Shown piece after piece: positions 26,888 to 39,610 of a stretch of 64,000 nucleotides of DNA. The position numbers and the translations under genes were made by a program. Under the pieces are notes generated by a model. That model was not told where the DNA came from. It worked only from the letters and a program-made list of their open reading frames with translations, and did not search any database. Every line of letters begins with the position of its first letter. Within the stretch, counting starts at the first letter, position 1. Source of the DNA: Octopus vulgaris (Eukaryota); contig OX597819.1 in the NCBI GenBank assembly GCA_951406725.2, forward strand, positions 10,168,001-10,232,000, given 5' to 3'.

Positions 26888-27112
26888 TATCTTGTACTAA
26901 CAAGAAGCCATCCAGAAAATGACACATTCGCACACATACATATGCACATAGTATCATGCAATAAACCCTACAGCTCACTTTTACTTTATTGAATCAAAGT
27001 ATAATCCTTAAATTAAAGTAATTCATACATCCAATCTGTTATATAAATTAGCAACTTCCCTCTTTACCTGTGATTTCAAATGAAAGCCTACACCCTTCCT
27101 ATATTCTATTTC

Positions 27113-27345
27113 AAGGTGGCGAGCTGGCAGAAACGTTAGCACGCCGGGCGAAATGCGTAGCCGTATTTCGTTTGCCGTTACGTTCTGAGTTCAAATTCTG
27201 CCAAGGTCGACTTTGCCTTTCATCTTTTCGGGGTCGATAAATTAAGTACCAGTTACGCACTGGGGTCGATGTAATCGACTTAATCCGTTTGTATGTCCTT
27301 GTTTATCCCCTCTGTCTTTAGCCCCTTGTGGGTAGTAAAGAAATA
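27113..27345 (+). mobile_element. SINE family B
   Basis: TSD tatattctatttc on both sides. Confidence 0.9.
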
Positions 27346-27986
27346 TATATTCTATTTCTATTGAATAACCATCTTTGGAATCAATGGACACAGCACATAA
27401 AAATCAAAATGATATATTATTCTATTTCTAGTCAAAAGAAGCTTTTAGAAATCTATGTAATGTATAGGTATTGGTTATAAACTGATTTTATGTGCATATG
27501 CATAAAATATGCACGCATGTGAGTGAATGTATGAACCTATAAGTATGGATAAGTGAATGTATCCATGTAGACATGATTAAATGTGATTATGTATATAATG
27601 CAAATGCAGAAGTATTTTTTACATACATATATACTATAAGTTTCTGTGTATATAATACATAGATTTCTGTAATTTTAAGTGAAGACAAGAGAGCGTCATA
27701 AATAAAAGAATTATTCATCATAGTCGATCTATAGCCAAAAAGCCTGAAGAGAATCTGATTTTACAGCTTATTTTCTCATAGGAAACAAAATCAGAGGAAA
27801 GTGTTGGTAAGTAAATCCAACCCACCATTGACACATCTGAAAAATAGCAAGGAAAAAAAAAAAGCCTATAAACTGAGATGAAATCAAAACTGACACTATT
27901 TATAATTAGGAAGCTTGTTCTTTAACCGGGTCATGTTGAGTTCTGTCCCACTGCATCACTGTATGGTATAGCATATTGAGCAAGTA

Positions 27987-28402
27987 AGGTGGCGAGCTGG
28001 CAGAAACGTTAGTATGTCGGGCGAAATGCTTATCAGTATTTCGTCTGCCGTTACGTTGTGAGTTCAAATTCCGCCGAGGTCGACTTTGCCTTTCATCCTT
28101 TCGTGGTCGATAAATTAAGTACCAGTTATGCACTGGGGTTGATGTAATCGACTTAATACCTATGTCTGTCCTTGTTTGTCCCTTCTGTGTTTAGCCCCTT
28201 GTGGGTAATAAAGAAATAGGTATTTTGTCTGCCGTTACGTTCTGAGTTCAAATTCCGCCAAGGTCGACTTTGCCTTTCATCCTTTTGGGGCCGATAAATT
28301 AAGTACCAGTTATGCACTGGGGTCGATGTAATCGACTTAATACCCATGTCTGTCCTTGTTTGTCCCCTCTATGTTTAGCCCCTTGTGGGTAATAAAGAAA
28401 TA
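27987..28402 (+). mobile_element. SINE B head-to-tail dimer inserted into an old SINE A
   Basis: Single 22-bp TSD ggtatagcatattgagcaagta (27965-27986, 28403-28424). Confidence 0.88.
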
Positions 28403-29324
28403 GGTATAGCATATTGAGCAAGTATTCTCTACTATAGCTGCAGGCTGGCCAAAGCCTTGTGAGTGGATTTGGTAGACACAAATGAAAAGAAGCCAGTTGG
28501 TTATGTAGACATACGCAAGACTGCAAGAAATATATTGTCATCTGTCACCAGGAAATATTACCTTACTGGAAGGGTTTGTGATGGGGAGGCAAACTGGTCA
28601 TACAAAATCAGCCTCAACAGTTCTGACTGACCCACAAAAACAAGGAAATGTGGAAGTTAAAACCATGATGATGATGATATATATATAGGTGTGTATATAT
28701 AAAGATGTGTCTGTGTGTGTGTATATATGTGTGTGTCTGTGTATGTCACTTTCCGTAATTTACAAAGCCTTTCTGGTTTGTTTAAAAATATTATATGTAG
28801 TATCAGATAGTTAAAGTATATATTCATAAAATTTGGCTGAAATTGATGGGTGAGCATTTGGCCTAATTGGATGTGTATGGAGCCATGCAAGCATTAATAT
28901 GTGGGTTTGATTCTGAGTAGGCTTAGCTCATCATTTTTCAGTCAGTTGCTTATATAAAATGTCACTTTAAATTGGAGAATATATATTATATATTATTATA
29001 TAGTTATTATTGTACTAAGAGGCTTTCATAGTTGCTTTCTCTCCATAACTTACAAAGCCTTTCAGGTTTGTTTACAAATATATGTAGTTATGTATGTATG
29101 TGTATATACATCCCTTAGCATAGTGGTTTAGCAAAAGAGACTGATAGAACAAGTACTAGGATTTAAGTACTAGGGTCAAATCATTTGACTACAGTCACTC
29201 AAGGTGGTGCCCCAGCATGGTTGCAGTACAAAGACTGAAACTAGTGAAAAGAAAACAAAAGCAAAAAATATAACACCAGTTTAGTAATATACACCTAAAT
29301 AGTAAAAAGAAATTTAATAACAAA

Positions 29325-29699
29325 CTAGCAGTATTGCCTGGCGTTGCTCGGGTTTGTAAGGGAAATAACTATATAAGCATTTTTAGAGAGTTATAGCCAA
29401 AAATTAGCAAAAAATGATGGTAAATTTTTTTTAAATCGTTGACTCATCGTAGACATTTTTAGAGAGTTACTTCCCTTATATAATAGCGAAAAAAATGCAT
29501 TAAAATGGAAAAAAATTATGGTAAATTTTTTTTAAAATCGTAGACTCATCGTAGACGTGCGCTAATACCCAGAAGGGCTCGATATGAATCACGACTATAA
29601 GATACCCGGTTTTGGTTACACTGCACCGCAAAATGTGGGAGTAGTTAGGAATCTAAATCGTAGGAGACAGACACACAACCTTACTTTTATATATAAAGA
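29325..29699 (-). mobile_element. Non-autonomous Helitron H1
   Basis: TC/CTAG termini and hairpin. Confidence 0.85.
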
Positions 29700-30526
29700 T
29701 ATCAATTTCTCCATATTCTAGTAATTCTGCAATGTTGAATGTGTTAAGTGAAACCAGTGGTTACAGGCAGATATTATAATGGAAAAAAAATTGTGAGCTA
29801 AACAAAAGCTGAGAATTTAATTTACTTAATTAATCAACATATGATGTGAAGGACTATGCAAGCAAAAGTGATTGATGATGTTTGTGCCAATTCACAAAAC
29901 AATAGATAGTTCCTCTATAAAAAAACAACAACAACAAGAGAAAGATAATAGCTATTTTATTTCCCCTTTCAATATTAGTCTTACATCTTTTGCTACTGAT
30001 CAAATTATTTTAATTATTAAATTTTATAATGCGGCAAAATTTTAAAAATTGGTAAATTCAATTAGTAATTGATATTCTGATAAAACCACACATTGAAAAC
30101 ATTAAATATAGAAGATCAAACTAGGATATAAAAATGTAAATTTGTTACAAATTAAAGACATATTTTATGGTTTCCTATTCAGAGCTACACATCTAAATTG
30201 AAAACTGAAATACAAAAAAAGTTGCCTTACCAAAAAAAAAAACAACTACAAAAACACTCCAAATAATCTAGATGTTAAAACAGTGAGAAACTATCATCCA
30301 CATCAGTTTAATGTCAATTTTTATAAATGTGGGACCAGTATCCAATCATTTATATTTTAGATCATCCCAAACATTAGACATGTTTTGAAATCTGATTTAA
30401 TTCATTCTTCTGTACCATCACCTCACTCAACATGCATCAACCATATACTTGTGTATGTCTATACATGATTAACTATCTTTCTTGCCTACACTAGTGTTTA
30501 TGCAGGAGTTTTAATTTAAACAGCAT

Positions 30527-30867
30527 ATCACGTAAAAGCACCACCATCCGTTTGTGTCCGTTGCCAGCCTCGCCAGTGGCACGTAGCACCATCCATTTGG
30601 CCGGCCAGCCCGTGCCGGTGGCACGTAGCACCATCCAAAGCACCATCCGTTCGTGGCTGTTTGCCAGATCCATCTGGCACCTGTGCGGGTGGCACGTAAA
30701 AAGCACCCACTACACTCACGGAGTGGTTGGCGTTAGGAAGGGCATCCAGCCGTAGAAACACTGCCAGATCAGACTGGGCCTGATGCAGCCTTCTGGCTTC
30801 ACAGACCCCAGTTGAACCGTCCAACCCATGCTAGCATGGAAAGCGGACGTTAAATGATGATGATGAT
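30527..30867 (+). mobile_element. Retroposon family D
   Basis: Internal repeats and (gat)n tail. Confidence 0.8.
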
Positions 30868-31465
30868 CACAGTTTTCTTTGCTTATCCTTCATTGAGTGT
30901 CACAATTTTCAGCTACTGTGTGTGTGCACGCGTGCACATGCATGTGCACCTGTGTGTTCTTAGACGAATTCTCATGAGTGAAACACTCATAAAATAAATC
31001 ATTTTAAAAATTGTTCCTTTAATTGCCGACAAAATTACCAACAATGATTGTGTAGAAATCTCCTAGTTTTAGAAAAGGTATAGAACTAAAAAGGGCTGAC
31101 AAGAAAAAAAGAAAAAAAAGTGGGTGGATGGGGGAATGACATTCAGTTGAGAAATGCTTAATCAGAAAATTCACCCAACCCATACCAGCATGTAAAAGTA
31201 GATGTAAAATAATACAATGCATGTTGTAGGGATCTAAACATCTTCTGAACATTTTCTACTACACAGATACCAAGATTCTGGGAGTGCCATTTTCATCTTA
31301 GGTAGGGGCCTATAATATAACAACTGCAATTTCTGCTGACCTACCAAAGCAGTAGGTCACAGCTATAGCACAGATCCTAGTTAGTCAAAGGGTCATATAT
31401 ATTTCTAATAGCTACTTCTTTTCCATGGCATTATTGAATGCTAGACAGATACTTTCTGGCCTTAA

Positions 31466-31685
31466 CCCTTTCGTTACCAACCCAGCTGAAACTGGCTCTG
31501 GCCCTGAGTACAAATGTCTTGTTTTCAAAAGTTTTGAATTAAAATCTTCCACCAAACCTTAGTCACAATTTATGTTCCCAACACTAGCTTAATGATAACT
31601 AAGTTATTTTACTAAATTCTTTGTTATAGTTAAAGTAATTGAAAGAAACACAGAACATCTCAAAACAAATACAGTAATGAAAGGG
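31466..31685 (+). mobile_element. piggyBac-type MITE P1 (220 bp)
   Basis: TTAA TSD, CCCTTTCGTTAC TIR, homologous to 1373-1592. Confidence 0.85.
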
Positions 31686-32004
31686 TTAATTTATATTTAA
31701 AGCTAAGTTATTACTTTGAACTCACACAAAAACCCCAACAGACATTCTACAGGCATTAAAAAAAAAAAAACCCAACCTAACTGATTGGCATAAAGCTGCT
31801 CCCCATTACATTCCAACCTCTTGTCCTATCAGACAGCTTTGAGGAGCAGAATGACCTATACTTCCCAAAGCTGGCTTATCTTGTAACACTTCCACTCAGG
31901 TTTACTGACTCATGCACCTTCTGCCGGCCCCTCACCATCTATGCTGTATCTTACCTGTCCAGATCCTATACCAACTACTTTTCCTAGTCTTTCACTCTGG
32001 TAAG

Positions 32005-32562
32005 TGGAGGCGCAATGGCCCAGTGGTTAGGGCGGCGAGCTGGCAGAATCCTTAGCACGCCAGACGAAATGCGTAGCCATATCTCGTCTGCTGTTACGTT
32101 CTGAGTTCCAATTCCGCCAAGGTCGACTTTGCCTTTCATCCTTTCGGGGTCGATATAATCGACTTAATCCGTTTGTCTGTCCTCTCTGTGTTTAGCCCCT
32201 TGTGGGTAGTAAAGAAATAGGTCATAGGATCGCGGTTTCGATTCCCAGACCGGGCGTTGTGAGTGTTTATTGAGCGAAAACACCTAAAGCTCCACGAGGC
32301 TCCGGCAGGGGATGGTGGTGATCCCTGCTGTACTCTTTCACCACAACTTTCTCTCACTCTTACTTCCTGTTTCTGTTGTACCTGTATTTCAAGGGGCCGG
32401 CCTTGTCACTCTCTGTGTCACGCTGAATATCCCCGAGAACTACGTTAAGGGTACACATGTCTGTGGAGTGCTCAGCCACTTACACGTTAATTTCACGAGC
32501 AGGCTGTTCTGTTGATTCGGATCAACCGGAACCCTCATCGTCGTAACCGACGGAGTGCTTCC
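32005..32562 (+). mobile_element. SINE C with a SINE B nested in its tRNA head
   Basis: C head to gttagggc, then B sequence ~32030-32220, then C resumes at gtcataggatcgc. Confidence 0.85.
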
Positions 32563-32909
32563 CATATAGTCATGTACTAGTTCTTATTTAGAAAGATCAT
32601 CAACAGCATCAAACCCATTAGAGTTGAAGGGCTTGAGGAGGTCATGAATGAGCACAGACCCTTTACACTAACCAAGTAATTGGTGGGAGGGATTTGATAA
32701 TGAAATATTAATTATACAAATTGCTGAACACCTTGATTGGCAGCACTGTCAATGGTTACTCCAGCTACTTATGCAATGATTATAAAAAGTGAGTAATTTT
32801 GTTCCATTTTTGTTTTATATATCTTTCGTTTAAATTTCATTACCACATTTCTATAGATAACACAAGTTAAACTCAAAGACCAAACAGGATTCACTTCTTG
32901 TATATATTA

Positions 32910-33303
32910 CTAGCAGTATCGCCCGGCGTTGCTCGGGTTTGTAAGGGAAATAACTATGTAAGCATTTTTAGAGATGTAAAGTATAATAGCCATCTCAATA
33001 TGGCTAACCACAAAGGGGGGGGTTACAGTAGCTTTTTACGTTCTGAGATTTAATAATAAATTTTTAGAGAGTTACTTCCCTTATATATGCCAAAAATGCA
33101 TTAAAAATGGGAAAATTGATGGTAAATTTTTTTTTAATCGTAGACTCATCGCAGACGCGCGCTAATACCCAGAAGGGCTCGATATGAATCACGACTATAA
33201 GATACCCGGTTTTGGTTAAACTGCACCGCAAAATGTGGGAGTAGTTAGGAATCTAAATCGTAGGAGACAGACACTCACACAACCTCTTTTTTATATATAA
33301 AGA
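32910..33303 (-). mobile_element. Non-autonomous Helitron H1 (variant with foreign module)
   Basis: TC/CTAG termini. Same internal module as the 23608 copy. Confidence 0.85.
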
Positions 33304-33907
33304 TAAAGTGATGAAAAATAACAATTAACTAAGTACCAAATTGGATATAAAAAACAGTCTAGCCCCAAAAGAACAAATTTCATCAAATTTTTCAGTGATT
33401 CATAAACTAATATGAAGTATCTGTTGATCAACCAGTCACTTAGAAGTGAACAAGGTTGAAGTTCATATTCTTGTTAAAGAATTTGCAAAATTAATGCTAG
33501 GTTAAGTTTTGACTAAAACAAGATTGTAGCATGTGGAGATGAAAACTATTACTCTTAGAAACATATGGAGATTTACTCTAAGACATACAAAACCAAGGCT
33601 TTTGTTTTTAATGAATATGCAAACGTGAGTGTAATATTCATAGTCGAGATATGTGAATGTGTGCAAGCATGTATAAAGATACATGTAGGAATATCATGTG
33701 TAGTTACTATTACAACATTATTGACATTTTCACTCAGAATGCATCATCTAATTGCATGGCATGTCATACTAGGATATAAACCAATTCTTTTGATGCACAA
33801 TCACTATTTCAACTTTATACAGTTAACAGACTATATACTCAATTCATTACTTCTCAATTGCTAAAACTTCCCTGTATTTGTTACCTATGTTTCATCACAC
33901 TTTTTAA

Positions 33908-34104
33908 CCCTTTCGTTACTGTATTTATTTTGAGATGCTTTGTGTTTCTTTCAATTACTTTAAATATAACAAAGAATTTAGTAAAATAACTTCGTTATCA
34001 TTAAGCTAGTGTTAGGAACATAAATTGTGACTAAGGTTTGGTAGAAGATTTTAATTTGTACGACTGAACCAGAGCCGGTTTTGGCCGGGTTGGTAACAAA
34101 AGGG
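33908..34104 (-). mobile_element. piggyBac-type MITE P1 (internally deleted)
   Basis: TTAA TSD, same TIR, reverse orientation. Confidence 0.85.
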
Positions 34105-34121
34105 TTAAACATTGTAATTCA

Positions 34122-34739
34122 TTAGAAATTTACTATTTTTAAATCTCACAACAAGAGATATTCAGCAACAGTACTTTGGAGTAAAGATTATTTGCCAACA
34201 TAACATGGCAGTCCTGGTTTAGGATAAATATTATAATTTAGCCCAAGGACACATTGTCTCCAGCTGGCTATAAGGCACGATCTGCTTCCTTATATTTTTA
34301 AACAAGGGAATCTAGCACCCCCACTCAGCTCAAAACAATATCTCTGTATCGCAATTTCTGAGGCTAAATTACAGCAACATTCGTCCTAAACCAGGACTGG
34401 CATGTTATGTTGGCAAACAATCTTTACTCCAAAGTACTTTTGTGAGATTTAAAAATAGTAATTTTCTAATTTATAGATCAGTGACTAGTTCTCACTTTGA
34501 AAACTATATATTTTGAATGGGAATTTGGTAGCACCACCTCTAGCCAAACAATTATTCTGTGCTGATGAAGAGAAATAACCCAGAAATCGCAATACACAGA
34601 TATTGTTTTGAGCTGAGTTGGGGAGCTAGATTCCCTTGTTCAAAAATATAAGGACACAGATTGTGTCATATAGCCAGCTGGAGATGATGTCTCCTGGGGC
34701 TAAATTACAGCAACATTCGTCCTAAACCAGGACTGCCAT
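34122..34739 (+). mobile_element. Hammerhead-bearing non-autonomous retroelement (Penelope pLTR/retrozyme-like): inverted arm plus permuted ~336-bp monomer
   Basis: 38-bp direct repeat at 34362 and 34698 (period 336). 34122-34360 is an inverted copy of downstream sequence. Hammerhead motif inside the monomer. Confidence 0.65.
34556..34600 (+). ncRNA. Minimal type I hammerhead ribozyme-like motif (stem II degenerate)
   Basis: TCTGTG-CTGATGA-agagaaataaccca-GAAA-T-CGCA-ATA-CACAGA. Perfect 6-bp stem I and conserved core. The inverted partial copy near 34341-34360 implies a CGCG palindromic loop III. Confidence 0.6.
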
Positions 34740-35354
34740 ATTTTAGTATATATACCTTATCAGTAGTTCTTCCTAAGTTCTATATACTCTAGGAACGATA
34801 TATTTTCCTAATTTATCCAGTACAACCCTTAAACAAGTAAATAGTATTTTCCTAAACAACAGATCCACTTATTTTGGTTAGTGACTTATTCACAAATATA
34901 CCAACACTCGCGCCTGAGGGTAATATTCTCTGGTAATGCACAAAAGCCCTTTTCAGAGTTATTTACTTTCAATTGTTATTATCTCATATCTGATTCGCCT
35001 GTTATTACGTAACATGCTTCACGATTTTTCTATACATACCTTAGTATTTCCTCCTAAGTTCTATATACTATGGGAATGCATTAAAGCCTTTTTGGGGGCT
35101 ACTTTATTTGAATTCTTACTATTTGGGTAACTAATTTCATGTTATTACATAACCAACTTCACAATTTGGGTATACATAACTTATCGGGAATTCCTAAAAA
35201 CAAGATCCTGTGTAACACAGTTCAGTATTCTCTGTAAATGCACAAAAACTGTTTTAAGGCCTACATACTTTGTATTGTTGTTATTGGATAATTATGAGGA
35301 TGCAATCAAGGGATAAGCTGCACTTTCCCGGGAATTAATGGGTACATCAGCAAG

Positions 35355-35394
<40 letters not shown>

Positions 35395-36640
35395 TTAACA
35401 CTGGCATGAAATTCTGGGTACTAAAATGTTAGCAGTGGTAATAAAGATAGCAGTAGTGGTGTTGATAGAAGCAAGTGCACCAATATTCATCTAATTAAAA
35501 AAAAAAATCAAGGAGTCTCCTAGCTTTGAATGCCATGTAAAAACCAAAGAATAAATATAAGACAGATTCAGAGAACTAGTCCTCACACTTCTGCTTCAGA
35601 AGTGAAGAACAAAAGCTGCTTTTCATCTCTGAGTTTATTCAGTATATCTAAGTTGAAACCCCCCTATTCAAGAGCTAATACTAAATTAAATAATAAATTG
35701 ATTGTAGCTTTTGAGAGTACACCCCCCACCCACCACACGAAAATAGTGATAGCAATTTAATTTGATCAGTAAAACATGTAAAATTTAATCATTGAAACAT
35801 CAAAAATGTCTAACACATTGAGATGAAACCACTTTTTTTGATTCTTACTGAAGAATACAGTAACTAATTCTACATAAATGAGGACACATTACATAAAACC
35901 AATTTTCAAAGACAACTAGGCAATAGTTTACATTAATTTGGTGTTGAAACTATCTGAATAAAAAAAAATCCCACAAAACTATTCAAAGCATCAAATAGAA
36001 TTATAAATAAACATTTTATGAGCAACGTTTCGATCAATAACAAAGATTCTGAATTAATCATCATCATCACTATTATCATTATAACATAACATTTTCCCTA
36101 TTCACCTTTCTTGTTGACCAGTTCTATAACCAAAATTCTCTTTAAATGTCTATCTTTTGTTACTTTCTCCATTCATACCCTTGTATTACTTGTAACCAGC
36201 TTCTTTGAGGATTTCTTTGGTTAATCACTGCTCTGAATTCTATCTACCTCTATTTCAATACATGGCTTCATTCAATTCTCTCTTGTTATTCTTATAAAAA
36301 GCTACAATTTGTCCTAATTCTCAGTAATTCTTGACCATATATTACACACACTATTTACAATCCATTCTGCACCCCTACTCTTACATAATCGTTTCTACTG
36401 TTCTACTTTCTTTTCATGTGATGAGCTTTATTCTCAGACTGCTCTGTAATTCTTTACTATACTTCTTCAACACATGCTTCATGCAATTATTCTTTTGAAC
36501 AGAGGAATATTCTCTTTTCCTATATTAGGAGTAACATTGATAAGCTATTACAAGCTAAAGTCGCTAAGCTATCTGGGATGCCTACACCAATAATGATTAG
36601 GCCAACCAGATAGCAACTTTTTATCTATTACCACCAGGTA

Positions 36641-37045
36641 ATAGGCGCAGGAGTGGGTGTGTGGTAAGTAGCTTGCTAACCAACCACATGGTTCCGGGTT
36701 CAGTCCCACTGCGTGGCATCTTGGGCAAGTGTCTTCTGCTATAGTCCCGGGCCGACCAATGCCTTGTGAGTGGATTTGGTAGACGGAAACTGAAAGAAGC
36801 CTGTCGTATATATGTATATGTATATATAAGTGTGTGTGTATATGTGTTTGTGTGTCTGTGTTTGTCCCCCTAGCATTGCTTGACAACCGATGCTGATCTG
36901 TTTACGTCCCCGTCACTTAGCGGTTCGGCAAAAGAGACCGATAGGATAAGTACTGGGCTTACAAAGAATAAGTCCCGGGGTCGATTTGCTCGACTAAAGG
37001 CGGTGCTCCAGCATGGCCGCAGTCAAATGACTGAAACAAGTAAAA
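36641..37045 (+). mobile_element. SINE family A
   Basis: Full-length copy. Confidence 0.9.
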
Positions 37046-38154
37046 GAATAAAAGGATAAAAAAGAATAATCCTTAAACTTGTAATGAAAACAAAAGAAGA
37101 AAAGAAGCTATTCTGTGGCTTTATGAAAATTTTACATTTTTGTTCAAGAAACTTTCCAAGAATTTTCTTTCTAAATAACTACTTGCTTGGTAAAGACACA
37201 TACAAGTTCTTGGAACTTGGAAAGCAAGATGGGAAGAATGGGCCCATTGTCGACTTACTCACTCGGGAACATTATAAAATCACGGATTTTTACAAAAATA
37301 AGAGGGGAAATGGAAACAGAAGTCTATGAGATCCAAGGTGAAATGATAAAATAAGTATGACTTGTGGAGTATGTAAAGAAAGGTCTTGTGACCAGCAAAT
37401 ATTTACAAATAATGGGTTGCGAGAAGATGAAGATTTACATATGAGGGGCTTCAATTACACTTATTTTTTTCAGTTGTCCTTTCCTGTCGAGTTTGAAGAT
37501 AAAATTCTTAAAGTCATAACTTTTATGTCTGGAGCATGAATATTTTGATGTGGGAAAATGAAATATGTAGTATTTAAAAGAAACAAAAAACATAAATTTA
37601 GATTAATTTTAGATTGCTTCTGATCTGTTGAAAGGACTCCATGCATTTATTTAATTTTTAACTAAAATCCAAAGAGTAAGATGAAAATGAAAGATAAGCA
37701 AAAATATCTAGTCTTGTAATAACATGGAAGAGAAAAGATATGACTTTGATTAGCAACTGCAATACGTAGCAGACCAGTAAGTAAACTTACAGCATATCTA
37801 ATGGTAATTAGATAATTATAAAAACCAGAAATTAAATACATATCCATTAATTAATAAATGAGGTGACTCACATAGAATGACATTTAAATATAATTCTGTA
37901 CAGTAAATTAGAACAAAATTAGAAAGTTAATTTCCAAGTTCAGTAGAAATTATAGAGAAGTTGCATACCTATCAACCTGCTTACTACATCTCTTTAAATA
38001 TTCTTTAAATGACAGTTTATTATGCATAAGCATTACATAACATTTTAACATTAAAGATTCCTTTGCTATTGCATAATTTAAGTGCATTACAACACTTTAA
38101 AAGTGTACCAAGATCAAAAGAGATAAAATAGCTTTTATGTCAAAATACTAAATC

Positions 38155-38540
38155 ATGTAAAGTATAGAAGCCGTCTTAACATGGCTAACCACATAGGGGA
38201 GGGGGTGTTACTGTAGCTTTATAGCCCCAAGAGATCATCGTCTCCAGCTGGCTTTAGACACCATTTCAGTGCCCTTGAAGTATTTGCAAAGGGAGGCCAT
38301 CCCTTCCTCGCAAGCCTGAGTGATACGCTCGGACTTGCGAGGAAGGGATGGCCTCCCTTTGCAAATACTTCAAGGGCACTGAAATGGTGTCTAAAGCCAG
38401 CTGGAGACGATGATCTCTTGGGGCTATAAAGCTACAGTAACACCCCCTCCCCTATGTGGTTAGCCATGTTAAGATGGCTTCTATACTTTACATTATCGAG
38501 CGATTACTGTTTCAATCTCATCCTGAGATTTAATAATGCT
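38155..38540. mobile_element. ~339-bp near-perfect fold-back insertion with 13-bp TSD, same family as the hammerhead elements
   Basis: 38155-38493 is self-complementary almost to its centre (~38324). TSD tactaaatcatgt at 38146-38158 and 38541-38553. Confidence 0.85.
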
Positions 38541-39227
38541 TACTAAATCATGTTTAATAAAAAAAAAGTAAATAAATATTAAGCGTATAGCAGTAATAAG
38601 AAGCATAAACAAAATGATAGTTTGAGCTTGCTGTTTAGCTCCAGGTCAGCCATAGCGAAGCAGACTTCTGATCAAAAAGTATTTCAACTTTGGACATTCC
38701 ATTTATGGAATAACTATCAATGAAGTATTGAGGACTATATAGTTGGCTTAAAACAGTGAACTGTCAGGCTATTCACATGAACATGTCTGGTTTGGTGTCC
38801 TATCGTTCTGAGTTCTTATTCTGCAAACTAAGTTCAAAATCTAAAAATCCTGTTCTGAACAACAAAGATCCACAGGACAGATTCTTATCCAGTTATTGTT
38901 ACGGCACCAAATGAATGAGAGATAACACTCCTCTTGAATAAGACATTGATTTATCTGGAATTTTCCTCAGAGGAGAAACAATTTGATAGTGTAGACTATG
39001 TTGTTGTTGCTGCCAACAGCAAGAAAAAAATAAAAAATCATATGCCTGCAAAATTCAATTGGAGACATGCAACATTGATACCCTATTTGATAAGTTGCTG
39101 TAAATAGAAGCCAATCCTCTCTCAAATCAAACCTTATTGTCTTACAAAAAAAAGGAAGGCTGTGGGCACTGTAGTCATGGCTAGAATGTCTTTGATTCAT
39201 GGATCTACTTGATCAGGGTTGATATGA

Positions 39228-39610
39228 TGGAAGCACTCTGTCGGTTACGACGACGAGGGTTCCGGTTGATCCGATCAACGGAACAGCCTGCTCGCGAAAT
39301 TAATGTGTAAGTGGCTGAGCACTCCACAGACACGTGTACCCTTAACGTAGTTCTTGGGGATATTCAGCGTGACACAGAGAGTGACAAGGCCGGCCCTTTG
39401 AAATACAGGTACAACAGAAACAGGAAGTAAGAGTGAGAGAAAGTTGTGGTGAAAGAGTACAGCAGGGATCACCACCATCCCTGCCAGAGCCTCATGGAGT
39501 TTTAGGTGTTTTTGCTCAATAAACGCTCACAATGCCCGGTCTGGGAATCGAAGCCGCGATCCTACGACCGCGAGTCCGCTGCCCTAACCACTGGGCCATT
39601 GCGCCTCCAC
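39228..39610 (-). mobile_element. SINE family C
   Basis: TSD cagggttgatatg. Confidence 0.9.
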
